Notes: a model not told the origin generated them from the letters alone. A stretch of 64,000 nt of DNA from Alphaproteobacteria bacterium (GCA_964291675.2 OZ219866.1:1248001-1312000), one strand, 5' to 3'; shown: positions 30,421-42,174, counted from the first letter of the stretch. Program-made: numbers and translations.

Positions 30421-30947
30421 ACGGTACGGATTACATGGTTCCTCCCCTGTCGTGGGGAAGAATAGGCGAGATCACTGAGAAAGTGCGGTCGGTGCTGGGG
30501 TTGACCGAGGAGCCGTATTTCCCGGTCATGCACGTTACTGAGCTTGTATTGGACCAAGAATTAGACTTGGTCCGCCTTGAAATCGGCTCACGTGACGAGA
30601 TGGACGACGCGGAGGGCCTTACCTGCCCGGACGGCAAATTCATACGGCTGCGGGAGGACGTCTACGAGAAGGGCTGGGCTGGGGAGGGAAGGGCGCGGTT
30701 TACGGCGGCGCACGAGCTTGGACATTTCGTTTTGCACGCCGGGCTACCACTTGCTCGAATCGAGCGACAAGAAAAGTTGCCTCCGTTTCGGCGAGCGGAG
30801 GCCCAAGCGAATCGCTTCGCCGCCGAGATCTTGATGCCGTTGCGTTTCATCGGACGAACCGACAGCGTCCGCGCGATCATGAAGCGTCACGGTGTCTCCC
30901 GCGTCGCCGCGCAAACTCGGCTTGATGGCATGGGAGCGAATGAATGA
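30417..30947 (+). CDS. ImmA/IrrE family metallo-endopeptidase
   Basis: RARFTAAHELGHF.LH and E.QAN.FAAEILMP; ATGA overlap with XRE. Confidence 0.9.
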   Translation: MNGTDYMVPPLSWGRIGEITEKVRSVLGLTEEPYFPVMHVTELVLDQELDLVRLEIGSRDEMDDAEGLTCPDGKFIRLREDVYEKGWAGEGRARFTAAHELGHFVLHAGLPLARIERQEKLPPFRRAEAQANRFAAEILMPLRFIGRTDSVRAIMKRHGVSRVAAQTRLDGMGANE

Positions 30948-30984
30948 AGGACCCGAGCGTCCACTCGGGTCCTTCTGTCTTTTC
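30946..30984 (+). terminator. Perfect 12-bp hairpin with T-rich tail
   Basis: GAAGGACCCGAG-CGTCCA-CTCGGGTCCTTC-TGTCTTTT. Confidence 0.65.
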
Positions 30985-31116
30985 TGCGTTGGGCACTAGG
31001 GGCTTGCCGATGCAGAGCCTTGCTAACGATCCAACCACAGCTTGCGACAACTGGTTGTGGCCAACATACGGGTTGAATGTCAAGGAAAACCGCGCCCCAG
31101 AGAAGGGCCTTTCAAT

Positions 31117-31248
31117 ATGAACAGGCAAAGTAAGCGAGACCGGTATCGGCTCATATTCCGCGCATGGCGTAGGTGTCCGAAAACCGGCAAGAAGCTCTAC
31201 GCTAAAACGTACGGTTTCAAAGCATGGCCCATTTGGGTTCGCGTCTAG
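31117..31248 (+). CDS. Small basic/aromatic protein (43 aa)
   Basis: MNRQSKRDRYRLIFRAWRRCPKTGKKLYAKTYGFKAWPIWVRV; AGAAGGG upstream, hairpin downstream. Confidence 0.6.
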   Translation: MNRQSKRDRYRLIFRAWRRCPKTGKKLYAKTYGFKAWPIWVRV

Positions 31249-31253
31249 GGTGG

Positions 31254-31281
31254 GGAGGGGCAGCGCAAGCGTTGCCCCTCC
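31254..31281 (+). terminator. Hairpin after the small ORF
   Basis: GGAGGGGCAGCG-CAAG-CGTTGCCCCTCC. Confidence 0.55.
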
Positions 31282-31476
31282 TTGTCATGGGATCAGAGCC
31301 GTCATGGCCGGGTCGTTGTGTTTGCTCCATCTACTGTGGAGACAAGGGTACCGGCAACTCCGCTATACGTCACCAAGTGTCGCGTGAGGCCGGCATCGTA
31401 AAGCTGCAAGTTCGCCCGTTGGCGGCCCGGGCCACGCGGGTACAATCGGCCAGCCCACGCCGCACCGGGAGGAGCC

Positions 31477-32580
31477 ATGTCCGGGACCGACTACGACGCC
31501 CCATACCGCGTCCGCGAATCGCTGGTCGCGGCGCAACGCTTGGCCTGGCGCCGCATCGCCGAGCCGGGCGCCTGGCTCGACGGGGAGCGGCGCGTGGCGG
31601 TGGCGGGCGAGGTTCGCGCGGCTGGCGACTGCCCGCTCTGCCGCGCGCGCAAGCAGGCGCTCGCGCCCTTCGCGGTCGCCGGCGAGCACGAGGCGAGCGG
31701 GCCTCTGAGCGCGGCGGAGGTCGAGCTGATCCACCGCCTGACCACCGACCCGGGCCGGCTCCGCCGGTCCTGGGCCGAGGAAATACTCGCCGCCGGGGTG
31801 AGCGAGGAGGTCTATGTCGAGATCGTAAGCGTCGTCTGCATGGTCATGATCGTCGACACCTTCCGCCGCGCGCTCGGCCTGGCGCGGCTCGACCTGCCCG
31901 CGCCGGCGGCGGGGACGCAATCGGGCTACCGCGCCCCGGGCGCCCGGCGCCACGACGCGTGGATCAGCCTGGTGCAGCCGGACGACGTGGTGGAGAGCGA
32001 CGGCGACCTCTACGGCGCCGCCGCCTCGCCGGTGGTCAAGGCGCTGTCGCTGGTGCCGGAAGCCAAGCGGGCCTATTGGGACCTCGCCGAGGAGCACTAT
32101 TTGCCGGGCAGCGAGATGACCGACTTCGCGACCGGGGTCCGTGCCATCGACCGCATGCAGATGGAGCTGGTCGCGGGCCGGGTGTCGGCGCTCCATCAAT
32201 GCGTCTACTGAACCAGCGCCCATGCGTTCATGCTCCGTGCGAGCACAGAGGTTTCGGGCGCCGATTTCGACCTGGGGGCCGTCACCGGCGAAGCGACGGA
32301 TGACGGCGGCATCGCCGGCGGGGTGCTGCTGCACGGCTTCGCCGAGGCGGTCACGCTCGGCGACGCGGCGCGGACGGCCGAGCTGAGGGACGCGCTGGTC
32401 GACCGGCTGGGCGAGGCGGCGATGATCGACGCGGCGGCGACCGCGGCGGCGTTCCACGGCTTCGTCCGGGTGGTCGACGCCACCGGCGCCCCGGTGGCGG
32501 GAGCGGCGGGCGGACGGGTGACCCCCGAATTCCGCCAGGCGCTCGGCATCGACGAGTTCTACGGCGCGCGCAACCCCTGA
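31477..32580 (+). CDS. AhpD-like alkylhydroperoxidase-related protein, predicted selenoprotein (CVYU, 367 aa by UGA readthrough)
   Basis: ORF 31477-32211 ends QMELVAGRVSALHQCVY-TGA; frame continues TSAHAF into ORF 32230-32580, giving AhpD-type CxxUxxxH. Confidence 0.8.
32231..32245 (+). promoter_or_regulatory. Candidate SECIS apical hairpin
   Basis: UGCUC-CGUGC-GAGCA, loop 24 nt after UGA; same loop as the DsbA hairpin. Confidence 0.6.
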
Positions 32581-32586
32581 CGCGGT

Positions 32587-33456
32587 TCAGAAGAGCGACG
32601 GCGCCTCCGGGTCGTGGCGCGCGTGGCGCGCCCTGGCGGCGCGGGGGCTGGCCACCGCGTAGCAGTAGATGCAGCCATGCGGGCAGCTGTCATAGGCGCC
32701 GATGTCGCGCGCCTCGTGGCAGGCGCAGCCCGGCCGGTTGCCCTTCTCCCTGGCCGCGATCGGCCGGCCCGCCACGTCGCCGAGCCGCCCCGCGTCGATG
32801 CAGCGCGCCTCCCTCGCGCCGCCGGCGGCGAGGTCGGGCTGGGCGCAGATCGTGGCCTGCATCCCGAACGCCCTTGCAGTGGCGGCGAGCTCGGCGACCG
32901 TCGCCCGCTTGCGCTCGACCGCGGGGTCCTCCCAGGTCAGCCCCGACGCCCGCCCGGCGGCGGCGAGGTTGCGGCGCGTCTTGCGATAAAGGCTCGCGAA
33001 CGACAGCACCGCCTCGTCGACCGCCCCGGCGAGCGCCTCGGCGAGGCGGGCGAAGCGTTCGACATGGGAGCAGAGCGGCGTGGCGCCGGTCACGATGATC
33101 GGGTCGCAGCGCCAGACCGCGGCGCGCGGGCCGAAATCCCGGGCGATCGCATGCACCTGTTCGGCGGCCCGCGCGGCGTCGATCACCGAGGTTTCGAGCA
33201 GCCGCGGATAGCCGGTGATCGTGTAGTGGACGACGAAGGGGATGCCGTCCGATGCCAGGCGTTCGAGCACCGGGAGGAACGGCGCCGCGTTGCGCGTCCA
33301 GAACACGAAGCCGGAGACCGACTCCCGGTCGAGGCGGACGGTGTAGGGCTTGCCGTAGGGGTTTCGCACCGTGCAAAACCCGGCCGCCAGGCGTCGTTCG
33401 AACCACGCGCCGTAAAAGGCCGGGATATCGGTGCGGTAGCTCGCGGATACGATCAT
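32587..33456 (-). CDS. DUF1848 family protein
   Basis: MIVSASYRTDIPAFY, FVFWTRN, C.C....DIGAYDSCPHGC.YCYA. Confidence 0.85.
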   Translation of the reverse strand: MIVSASYRTDIPAFYGAWFERRLAAGFCTVRNPYGKPYTVRLDRESVSGFVFWTRNAAPFLPVLERLASDGIPFVVHYTITGYPRLLETSVIDAARAAEQVHAIARDFGPRAAVWRCDPIIVTGATPLCSHVERFARLAEALAGAVDEAVLSFASLYRKTRRNLAAAGRASGLTWEDPAVERKRATVAELAATARAFGMQATICAQPDLAAGGAREARCIDAGRLGDVAGRPIAAREKGNRPGCACHEARDIGAYDSCPHGCIYCYAVASPRAARARHARHDPEAPSLF

Positions 33457-33486
33457 CGGCCATACCCCTGCGGGACGCGGCGAGCG

Positions 33487-33517
33487 GTTGTACCGCCGGT
33501 TCCCCGACCCTATATAT
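33487..33517 (+). promoter_or_regulatory. RpoH (sigma32)-type promoter of dnaK
   Basis: GTTG-N18-CCTATAT resembles the alphaproteobacterial RpoH consensus CTTG-N17/18-CCTATAT. Confidence 0.55.
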
Positions 33518-33612
33518 CCGCAATCGCAGTTGCGTTTCGGGCGTGAGACTTTCGGGGATGCCGCGGGCGCCGTCACGGGCCCTTGGCGTCCGCTGCAATA
33601 ACGGGGATTGAA

Positions 33613-35529
<1,917 letters not shown>

Positions 35530-35628
35530 GCCCGCCTGCGCGCCAGCACGGTGGCTCCGCGTTGAGTTGCCCACTGCGCCCTCGGCCGGGATGCCGCTCC
35601 CGGCGGTCGCGGCAACGGGTCTGACCGC

Positions 35629-36759
35629 ATGGCCAAAGAGGACTATTACGACACGCTCGGTGTGGCCCGCGGCGCCGACGCGGATGCGCTGAAGCAGGCC
35701 TACCGCAAGCTCGCCATGCAGTATCACCCGGACCGCAACCCGGGCGATGCCGCCGCGGAGCAGAAGTTCAAGCAGATCAACGAGGCCTACGACGTCCTCA
35801 AGGACGACCAGAAGCGCGCGGCCTATGACCGGTTCGGCCACGCCGCCTTCGAAGGCGGCGCGGCGGGCGGCCAGCCCGGCGGCTTCGACTTCGGTTCCGG
35901 CTTCGCCGACATCTTCGACGAGATGTTCGGCGACTTCATGGGCGGGCGCCGCGGCGGGCGGGCGCGCGGCGACGACCTGCGCTACAACATGGAGATCTCG
36001 CTGGAGGAAGCCTACAAGGGCTCGGAGACGCGGATCAAGATCCCGGCATCGGTCGGCTGCGAGACCTGCGACGGCTCGGGTGCCGCGCCCGGCAGCGGGC
36101 CGACCACCTGCGCCACCTGCCACGGCCACGGCAAGGTCCGGGCGCAGCAGGGCTTCTTCTCCATCGAGCGCACCTGCCCCGGCTGCCAGGGCGCCGGAAG
36201 AACGATCGAGAACCCGTGCCGCGACTGCGCCGGCACCGGGCGGACCCGCAGGGAGAAGACCCTCGCCGTCACCATTCCCCGCGGGGTCGAGGACGGCACC
36301 CGCATCCGCCTCGCCGGCGAGGGCGAGGCCGGCATGCAGGGGGCGGGCCCCGGCGATCTCTACATCTTCGTCTCGGTGAGGGCGCACCGCCTGTTCGAGC
36401 GCGACGGGACGACGCTGTTCTGCCGCGTGCCGATCCCGATGACCACCGCGGCGCTCGGCGGCACCGTCGAGATGCCGACCATCGACGGCACGCTCGCCAA
36501 GGTGACCGTCCCGCAGGGGACCCAGTCCTCGCGCCAGTTCCGGCTGCGCGGCAAGGGCATGACCGGGCTGCACGGGCGCGGTCGCGGCGACATGCTGGTC
36601 GAGATCCAGGTGGAGACCCCGGTCAACCTGTCGCAGCGCCAGCAGGAGCTGCTGCGGGAGTTCGAGGACGCGGGGAAGGGCGCCAAGCACGCCACCAGCC
36701 CCGAATCGGAAGGCTTCTTCGCCAGGGTCAAGGGGCTCTGGGAAGACCTGACGGATTAG
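35629..36759 (+). CDS. dnaJ: Chaperone DnaJ
   Basis: HPD J-domain, G/F region, four CxxCxGxG repeats. Confidence 0.98.
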   Translation: MAKEDYYDTLGVARGADADALKQAYRKLAMQYHPDRNPGDAAAEQKFKQINEAYDVLKDDQKRAAYDRFGHAAFEGGAAGGQPGGFDFGSGFADIFDEMFGDFMGGRRGGRARGDDLRYNMEISLEEAYKGSETRIKIPASVGCETCDGSGAAPGSGPTTCATCHGHGKVRAQQGFFSIERTCPGCQGAGRTIENPCRDCAGTGRTRREKTLAVTIPRGVEDGTRIRLAGEGEAGMQGAGPGDLYIFVSVRAHRLFERDGTTLFCRVPIPMTTAALGGTVEMPTIDGTLAKVTVPQGTQSSRQFRLRGKGMTGLHGRGRGDMLVEIQVETPVNLSQRQQELLREFEDAGKGAKHATSPESEGFFARVKGLWEDLTD

Positions 36760-36770
36760 CCCGGGCCGGG

Positions 36771-37937
36771 ATGGAAGCCAGGCGCGGGCGGATCCTCACC
36801 ACCCATGTCGGCAGCCTGCCGCGCGGCGAGCGGCTGGCCGACCTGCTGGTCGCCAAGGCGCATGGCGAAGCCGTCGACGCCGATGCCCTCGGCGATGCGA
36901 TCGCGCAGGCGCTCGACAGGGTGATCCGGCGGCAGATCGAGGCCGGCATCGATATCGGCAATGACGGCGAGGTCCCGCGCACCGATTTCATCTCCTACGT
37001 CACCGACCGGATCGGCGGGTTCGGCCGGGGCGACGGGCCGGGCCGCCGGCTGCCGCTGGACGCGAAGGCCTTTCCGGTCTGGTTCGAGCTGCTCGGCAGG
37101 AGCGGAAGGCGGCGCATCAGCCCCTACGGGCTGCCCCAGGCGATCGGGCCGCTGGTCTACCGCGATCCCGGCCCCATCGACGCGGAGTGCAGCGGATTCC
37201 GGAAGGCGCTCGCAGCCGCCGGGGACGGCTTTGCCGGGACCTTCATGACCGCGGTCTCGCCCGGCTTCGCCGCGACGGCGATGGTCAATCTCCACTACGA
37301 CCGCTTCGAGGACTACGTCTTCGCCCTGGCGCGGGCGCTCAAGCACGAATACCGGCGCATCGTCGAGCACGGCTTCCTGCTGCAGATCGATTCCCCCGAC
37401 CTCGGCATGGAACGGGCCGGCTTCTACCAGGAGAGCAGCCTCGCGGAATTCATCGCGGCGATGGAGATGCACATCGCCGCGCTGAACGAGGCGATCGCCG
37501 GCATACCGCCCGAGCGGGTGCGCCTGCACGCCTGCTGGGGGAACCGGGACGGCCCGCATGTCCATGACGTGCCCTGCCCGGATGTCCTGCCGGCGATGTA
37601 CCGGGCGAAGGTCGGCGCGCTCGTCCTGCCATTCGCCAATCCGCGGCACAGCCACGAGATCGAGGCCTTCCGCCACCTGCCCCTGCCCGACGGCATGTCG
37701 CTCTGCGTCGGCGCCGTCGAGACCACCAACAACTATGTCGAGCACCCGCAGGTGGTCGCCGAACGGCTGGTCCGCGCGGCCCGCTGCGTGGGCGATGCGT
37801 CGCGCATCGTGGCTGCGACCGATTGCGGCTTCGGCACCTTCGCCGGCGACAGCTTCACCGCCGAGGACGTGGTCTGGGCCAAGCTCGACGCGCTCGCGCA
37901 AGGCGCGCGGATCGCCAGCCGGCTGCTCTGGGGCTAG
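36771..37937 (+). CDS. Cobalamin-independent methionine synthase II family protein
   Basis: TTHVGSLPR, NDGE, LQID.PDL, HACWGN, TDCGF. Confidence 0.85.
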   Translation: MEARRGRILTTHVGSLPRGERLADLLVAKAHGEAVDADALGDAIAQALDRVIRRQIEAGIDIGNDGEVPRTDFISYVTDRIGGFGRGDGPGRRLPLDAKAFPVWFELLGRSGRRRISPYGLPQAIGPLVYRDPGPIDAECSGFRKALAAAGDGFAGTFMTAVSPGFAATAMVNLHYDRFEDYVFALARALKHEYRRIVEHGFLLQIDSPDLGMERAGFYQESSLAEFIAAMEMHIAALNEAIAGIPPERVRLHACWGNRDGPHVHDVPCPDVLPAMYRAKVGALVLPFANPRHSHEIEAFRHLPLPDGMSLCVGAVETTNNYVEHPQVVAERLVRAARCVGDASRIVAATDCGFGTFAGDSFTAEDVVWAKLDALAQGARIASRLLWG

Positions 37938-39583
37938 CCGGGGCCGGCCGGGGCCACCGCCTCGCTCTCGCCGCCGGGCGCGGCGACCGCCGAGCTGTCC
38001 TCCGACAGCGACTTCAGGAGCCCCCAGGCCATGAAGACCATGATCACCGAGATCGGCAGCGCCGCCGCGATGGACGCGGTCTGAAGCGCCTTCAGCCCGC
38101 CCGCGAGCAGCAGCACCCCGGCGACCAAGCCCTCGCCCAAGCCCCAGACGATGCGGAAGCGCTGCGGCGGGTCGTCGTCACCCATCGAGAGCATGGTGGT
38201 GATCACCAGCGTGCCGGAGTCCGACGAGGTGATGAACCAGGTGGCCAGCAGGAGCGTGGCGAGCGCCGACATCACCCATTGCAGGGTGGAGAAGTCGGTC
38301 AGGCGCTCGATGGTGCCGTAGAGCGCCGCCGGCAGGTTCCACGCCTTCACCAGCTCGACGATGCCCGCCGTGCCGACGCCGCCCTGGGCGTTGAGCTCCA
38401 TGTAGATCGCGTTGCCGCCGAACATGCAGAGCCAGAAGAAGGCGATCGTGGTGGGGACGAACATCACGCCCACCATGAACTCGCGGATCGTCCGGCCGCG
38501 GCTGATGCGCGCGATGAACAGCCCGACGAAGGGCGCCCAGGAAATCCACCAGCCCCAGTAGAAGATCGTCCAGCCGCCCTGCCAGGCGATCTCCTTCTCG
38601 GTGCCGGCGGTCCAGAACCCCATCGGGATCACGTTCCAGATGTAGTCGCCGAGCGAGGTGACGAAGAAGCCCATCAGCCACTTGAACGGCCCGCCGAACA
38701 GGAAGAAGGCGAGGAGGACGAGCGACAGCCAGATATTCCATTCCGAGATGATGCGGATGCCGTTGCCGACCCCGGACACCGCCGAGACCGTCGCGATGAG
38801 CGAGATGACGACGATCAGGATGATCTGCGTCCATATCCCGGGATCGACGCCGAACAGAACGTTGAGCCCGGTCGCCATCTGGTTGACCCCGAGGCCGAGC
38901 GAGGTGGCGACGCCGAAGATGGTGCCGAACACCGCGAGCAGGTCGACGCCGTGCCCGATGGGACCGTAGATCCGATCCCCGATGATCGGGTGGAGCGCCG
39001 AGCGCATGGTGAACGGCAGCTTCTTGCGGAAGCCGAAATAGGCGAGGCAGAGGCCGACCACCACGTAGACCGCCCAGCCGTGGAATCCCCAGTGGAAATA
39101 GGTGACCCGCATCGCGTGGATCGCGCGGGTGAGATCCATCGAGGTCGCGCCGGCGACATCGGCATGCGGGTTGTTGGGGTAGCCGAAGGCGCCCGAGTTG
39201 TCGAAATAGAAGACCGGCTCGGCGACGCCGAAGAACAGGATGCCGATCCCGACCCCGGCGGAGAACAGCATGGCGAACCAGGAGAAATTGCTGAATTCGG
39301 GGCGCGAATCGTCGTCGCCCAGGCGGATCGAGCCGAATCTCGAGAACATCATGATGAGGCAGAACAGCACCAGCCCCATGACGATGATGATGTAGTACCA
39401 GCTCAGCGACGCCTCGATCCAGCCGCGGATCGCGGTGTAGACGCTGTTGGCGAATTCCACGTTGAGGATCGTGAAGACGACGAAGGCGACCACCATGCCC
39501 TTGGCCGCCAGGCCCATGCCGCTGTGCAGCCCCTGCATAAGCCCGCTTCCGGCGATCAGGTCTTCCCGGTTTCTGGTCGACAA
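37934..39583 (-). CDS. BCCT family transporter (betaine/choline/carnitine)
   Basis: SWFAMLFSAG.GIG, FHWGFHGWA, WTIFYWGWWISWAPFVG.FIARISRGRT. Confidence 0.93.
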   Translation of the reverse strand: MSTRNREDLIAGSGLMQGLHSGMGLAAKGMVVAFVVFTILNVEFANSVYTAIRGWIEASLSWYYIIIVMGLVLFCLIMMFSRFGSIRLGDDDSRPEFSNFSWFAMLFSAGVGIGILFFGVAEPVFYFDNSGAFGYPNNPHADVAGATSMDLTRAIHAMRVTYFHWGFHGWAVYVVVGLCLAYFGFRKKLPFTMRSALHPIIGDRIYGPIGHGVDLLAVFGTIFGVATSLGLGVNQMATGLNVLFGVDPGIWTQIILIVVISLIATVSAVSGVGNGIRIISEWNIWLSLVLLAFFLFGGPFKWLMGFFVTSLGDYIWNVIPMGFWTAGTEKEIAWQGGWTIFYWGWWISWAPFVGLFIARISRGRTIREFMVGVMFVPTTIAFFWLCMFGGNAIYMELNAQGGVGTAGIVELVKAWNLPAALYGTIERLTDFSTLQWVMSALATLLLATWFITSSDSGTLVITTMLSMGDDDPPQRFRIVWGLGEGLVAGVLLLAGGLKALQTASIAAALPISVIMVFMAWGLLKSLSEDSSAVAAPGGESEAVAPAGPG

Positions 39584-39697
39584 TTTTCCCTCCCCGTTGG
39601 GAACGCGCGCTTGCCCGATTCCGCGATCGGCCGAGGAAACCCTAGCAGACGGGACCTAACATGCAAGCGAGGCATGGCCTTGAAGGGCGGGGGTATC

Positions 39698-40561
39698 TCA
39701 GAGACCCGCGACGTCGATCAGCGTCCGGCCCGCTTCGCGCTGACGGCGCTGGTTCTCCTCGACCGACTTCTGAAGCTCCGGCGGCACCGAGACCTCGCGG
39801 GCGAACGCGTCCCGTGCGCGCAGCGGCCCGAACCACGCGAACAGGCGGGGATGCAGCCGCTCCATCGGGTAGCCGCAGCGGATCAGCCGGTTGACGTAGA
39901 TGAACCAGGCGATGTCGGCGATGCTCAGCCGCTCGCCCAGGACATAGGGGCGGTCGGCCAGCTTGCGGTCGAGGTCCTCGAAGGCTCGCCGGAACTTTCC
40001 CGCCGAAACCCGAATCGCCTCGTCGGTGATCCCGTCGCGCGCGATGCGCTCCCAGAAGGCGATCTCGGCGTCCTTGTTGGGGTCGGGCGCGCCCAGCACC
40101 GTGCCGCTTCCGCCGGCGCGGTACTCGGCGAGCGCATCGGCCGATTTGGGCTCGCGCGGCCGCTTATGGGTGAAGCGGAAGGAGATCGTCCGCAGATCGT
40201 GGTGCAGGTCGTCCTCGTGGCGCAGCAGGCCGGCCATCTCGGCTTCGCGCCCCTCCGGGATCAGGCGGGGCTCGGGGAACCGCGAATCGAGCAGCGAGAC
40301 GATATCGTTGCTCTCGATATGCACCGCCCCGTCGATCACCAGCACCGGCACCAGCCCGCGCGGGTTGATGCCGAGAAACCACGCGTTCAGGTTCTCGTCC
40401 CGCGATATGTCGACCGGATGGGGCTGCCAGTCGACGCCCTTGAGGTTGAGCACGATCCGCGTCTTCTGCGAGCACGACGAGTTGTGGAAGTGGAACAGGT
40501 GCAGGCCCTTCCAGCCGAGCACCTCGGTCGTGTGGATATCGCCTTCCAGAAGCTGGACCAT
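39698..40561 (-). CDS. Glutathione S-transferase family protein (long form)
   Basis: SSCSQK.R, INPRGLVPVL, ESNDI, SIADI. Confidence 0.85.
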   Translation of the reverse strand: MVQLLEGDIHTTEVLGWKGLHLFHFHNSSCSQKTRIVLNLKGVDWQPHPVDISRDENLNAWFLGINPRGLVPVLVIDGAVHIESNDIVSLLDSRFPEPRLIPEGREAEMAGLLRHEDDLHHDLRTISFRFTHKRPREPKSADALAEYRAGGSGTVLGAPDPNKDAEIAFWERIARDGITDEAIRVSAGKFRRAFEDLDRKLADRPYVLGERLSIADIAWFIYVNRLIRCGYPMERLHPRLFAWFGPLRARDAFAREVSVPPELQKSVEENQRRQREAGRTLIDVAGL

Positions 40562-40569
40562 GCCGCCCG

Positions 40570-41169
40570 CTACCCCTCCGCGGCCTGCGCCGCCTCGACG
40601 CTCGCGCGGGAGGAGAACCGTTCGTGGAACGCGGCCACGTTGGGGTGCTGGCCGAGGTCGTACTTGGCGGGCCGGGTCCAGTTGAGGATGGCGCCGCAAT
40701 AGACGTCGGCGACGGTGAAGCGGTCGCCCATGAGCCAGTCCTTGCCCTCCAGCGCCCGGTCGAGGAAGCCCAGCCTGAGCTCGATCCGCGCCCGGGCGAT
40801 GGGCCGCATGGCATCCGGAATATGCGGCAGGAACATGGGCGGCAGGCCCTTGTGCAGCTCGCCGCCGACGAAGCTCAGCCATTCCTGCACCCGGTAGCGC
40901 TCGTCCGTCCCGGCCGCCGGCAGCAGGCCGGAATCCGGCACCCGGTCGCCGATCCATTGCAGGATCACCGCGCATTCCGACAGCGTGCTCCCGTCGTCGC
41001 GCTCCAGCAGCGGCACGTAGCCGCGCGGGTTGACCGCGAGATAGTCGCTGCCGTCGGCGAGCGTCTTCTCGCGCAGGTCTACCGACGCAAGGTCGAAGTC
41101 GAGCCCGGCCTCCCTGAGCCCGACATGCGGCGCGAAAGAGCACGTGCCCTTGGCGAAATAGAGTTTCAT
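40570..41169 (-). CDS. gstA: Glutathione S-transferase, beta class
   Basis: MKLYF..G.CS.APH, NP.GYVP.L, ELHK, FTVAD.Y. Confidence 0.88.
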   Translation of the reverse strand: MKLYFAKGTCSFAPHVGLREAGLDFDLASVDLREKTLADGSDYLAVNPRGYVPLLERDDGSTLSECAVILQWIGDRVPDSGLLPAAGTDERYRVQEWLSFVGGELHKGLPPMFLPHIPDAMRPIARARIELRLGFLDRALEGKDWLMGDRFTVADVYCGAILNWTRPAKYDLGQHPNVAAFHERFSSRASVEAAQAAEG

Positions 41170-41202
41170 CGCTTCTCCTTGGGTTGGGGGAAGTCCGCCG
41201 GG

Positions 41203-42174
41203 TCAGGCCGCGGCGGCGAAACGGTCCCGGTCATGCGGCCGGGCGAGGTCGACCACGGGGCCGCGCGGCACGACGCCGTTGGCGCCGATCGGCCCGGCGT
41301 TCGAGAAGGTCTGGCGTTTCATCGCCGCCACGTCGCTGACCCTTGCGATGCCCGGCGTCGCGTAGAGATCGCGCAGGTAGTTCGCCAGGTGATGGTAGTC
41401 CTCCAGGCGGCGCAGATTGCACTTGTAGCCGACATAGTAGATGGGATCGAAGCGGAGCAGGCTGGGATAGAGCCGCCAGTCGGCCTCGGTCTGGACGTCG
41501 CCGCAGAGATAGCGCCGATGCGCGAGCAGGTCGTCGAGCCCGTCGAGCGTGCCGAACAGGCGGTCGACGGATCGCTCATAGGCCTCTTGGGCGGTGGAGC
41601 GGCCGCACTCGTTGACGGCGTTGTTGACGCCCCTCAGCACCCTCTCGTTCATCGCGTCGATCTCGCCGCGCAGGGCCGCGGGGTAGAAATCGGGGCTCGG
41701 CTCGGCGATGGCGTCGAATTCGCTGTTGAACATGCGGAGGATCTCGGAGGATTCGTTGCTCACGACCGTCTTGGTCTCGCTGTCCCACAGCATCGGCACG
41801 GTCACCCGCGTGGTGCAGCCGGGCGCGCCCATCGCGTAGATCTGGTGCAGGTAGTCCACCTGCCGGTCGCTGCCCGGGACGGTGTGCGGGCCGTCCGGGA
41901 AGGCCCAGCCCTGCCGGTCGGCCGACTGCTCGGTGTCGACCAGCGCGATCGCGCCTTCGAGCTTCTTGAGCACGCGGAATATCGCCGTGCGGTGCGCCCA
42001 CGGACAGCCGACCGACGAGTAGAGCACATAGCGCCCCGCCCGCGCCGGATAGGGGGAGGACCCGTCGGCGGCGATCCGGTTGCGGAACCGCGCCGGCTTC
42101 TTGACGTAGAGACCGGCTTCGCTCTCGGTGAGAACGTCGTCGAAGGTCCATGTCCCGTTGAGCAGATGACCCAA
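41203..42174 (-). CDS. Glutathionyl-hydroquinone reductase (YqjG/ECM4-like)
   Basis: GRY.LY....CPWAHR, RVTVP.LWD, SNESSEI.RM, TEAD.RL; TTG start 42174. Confidence 0.85.
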   Translation of the reverse strand: MGHLLNGTWTFDDVLTESEAGLYVKKPARFRNRIAADGSSPYPARAGRYVLYSSVGCPWAHRTAIFRVLKKLEGAIALVDTEQSADRQGWAFPDGPHTVPGSDRQVDYLHQIYAMGAPGCTTRVTVPMLWDSETKTVVSNESSEILRMFNSEFDAIAEPSPDFYPAALRGEIDAMNERVLRGVNNAVNECGRSTAQEAYERSVDRLFGTLDGLDDLLAHRRYLCGDVQTEADWRLYPSLLRFDPIYYVGYKCNLRRLEDYHHLANYLRDLYATPGIARVSDVAAMKRQTFSNAGPIGANGVVPRGPVVDLARPHDRDRFAAAA

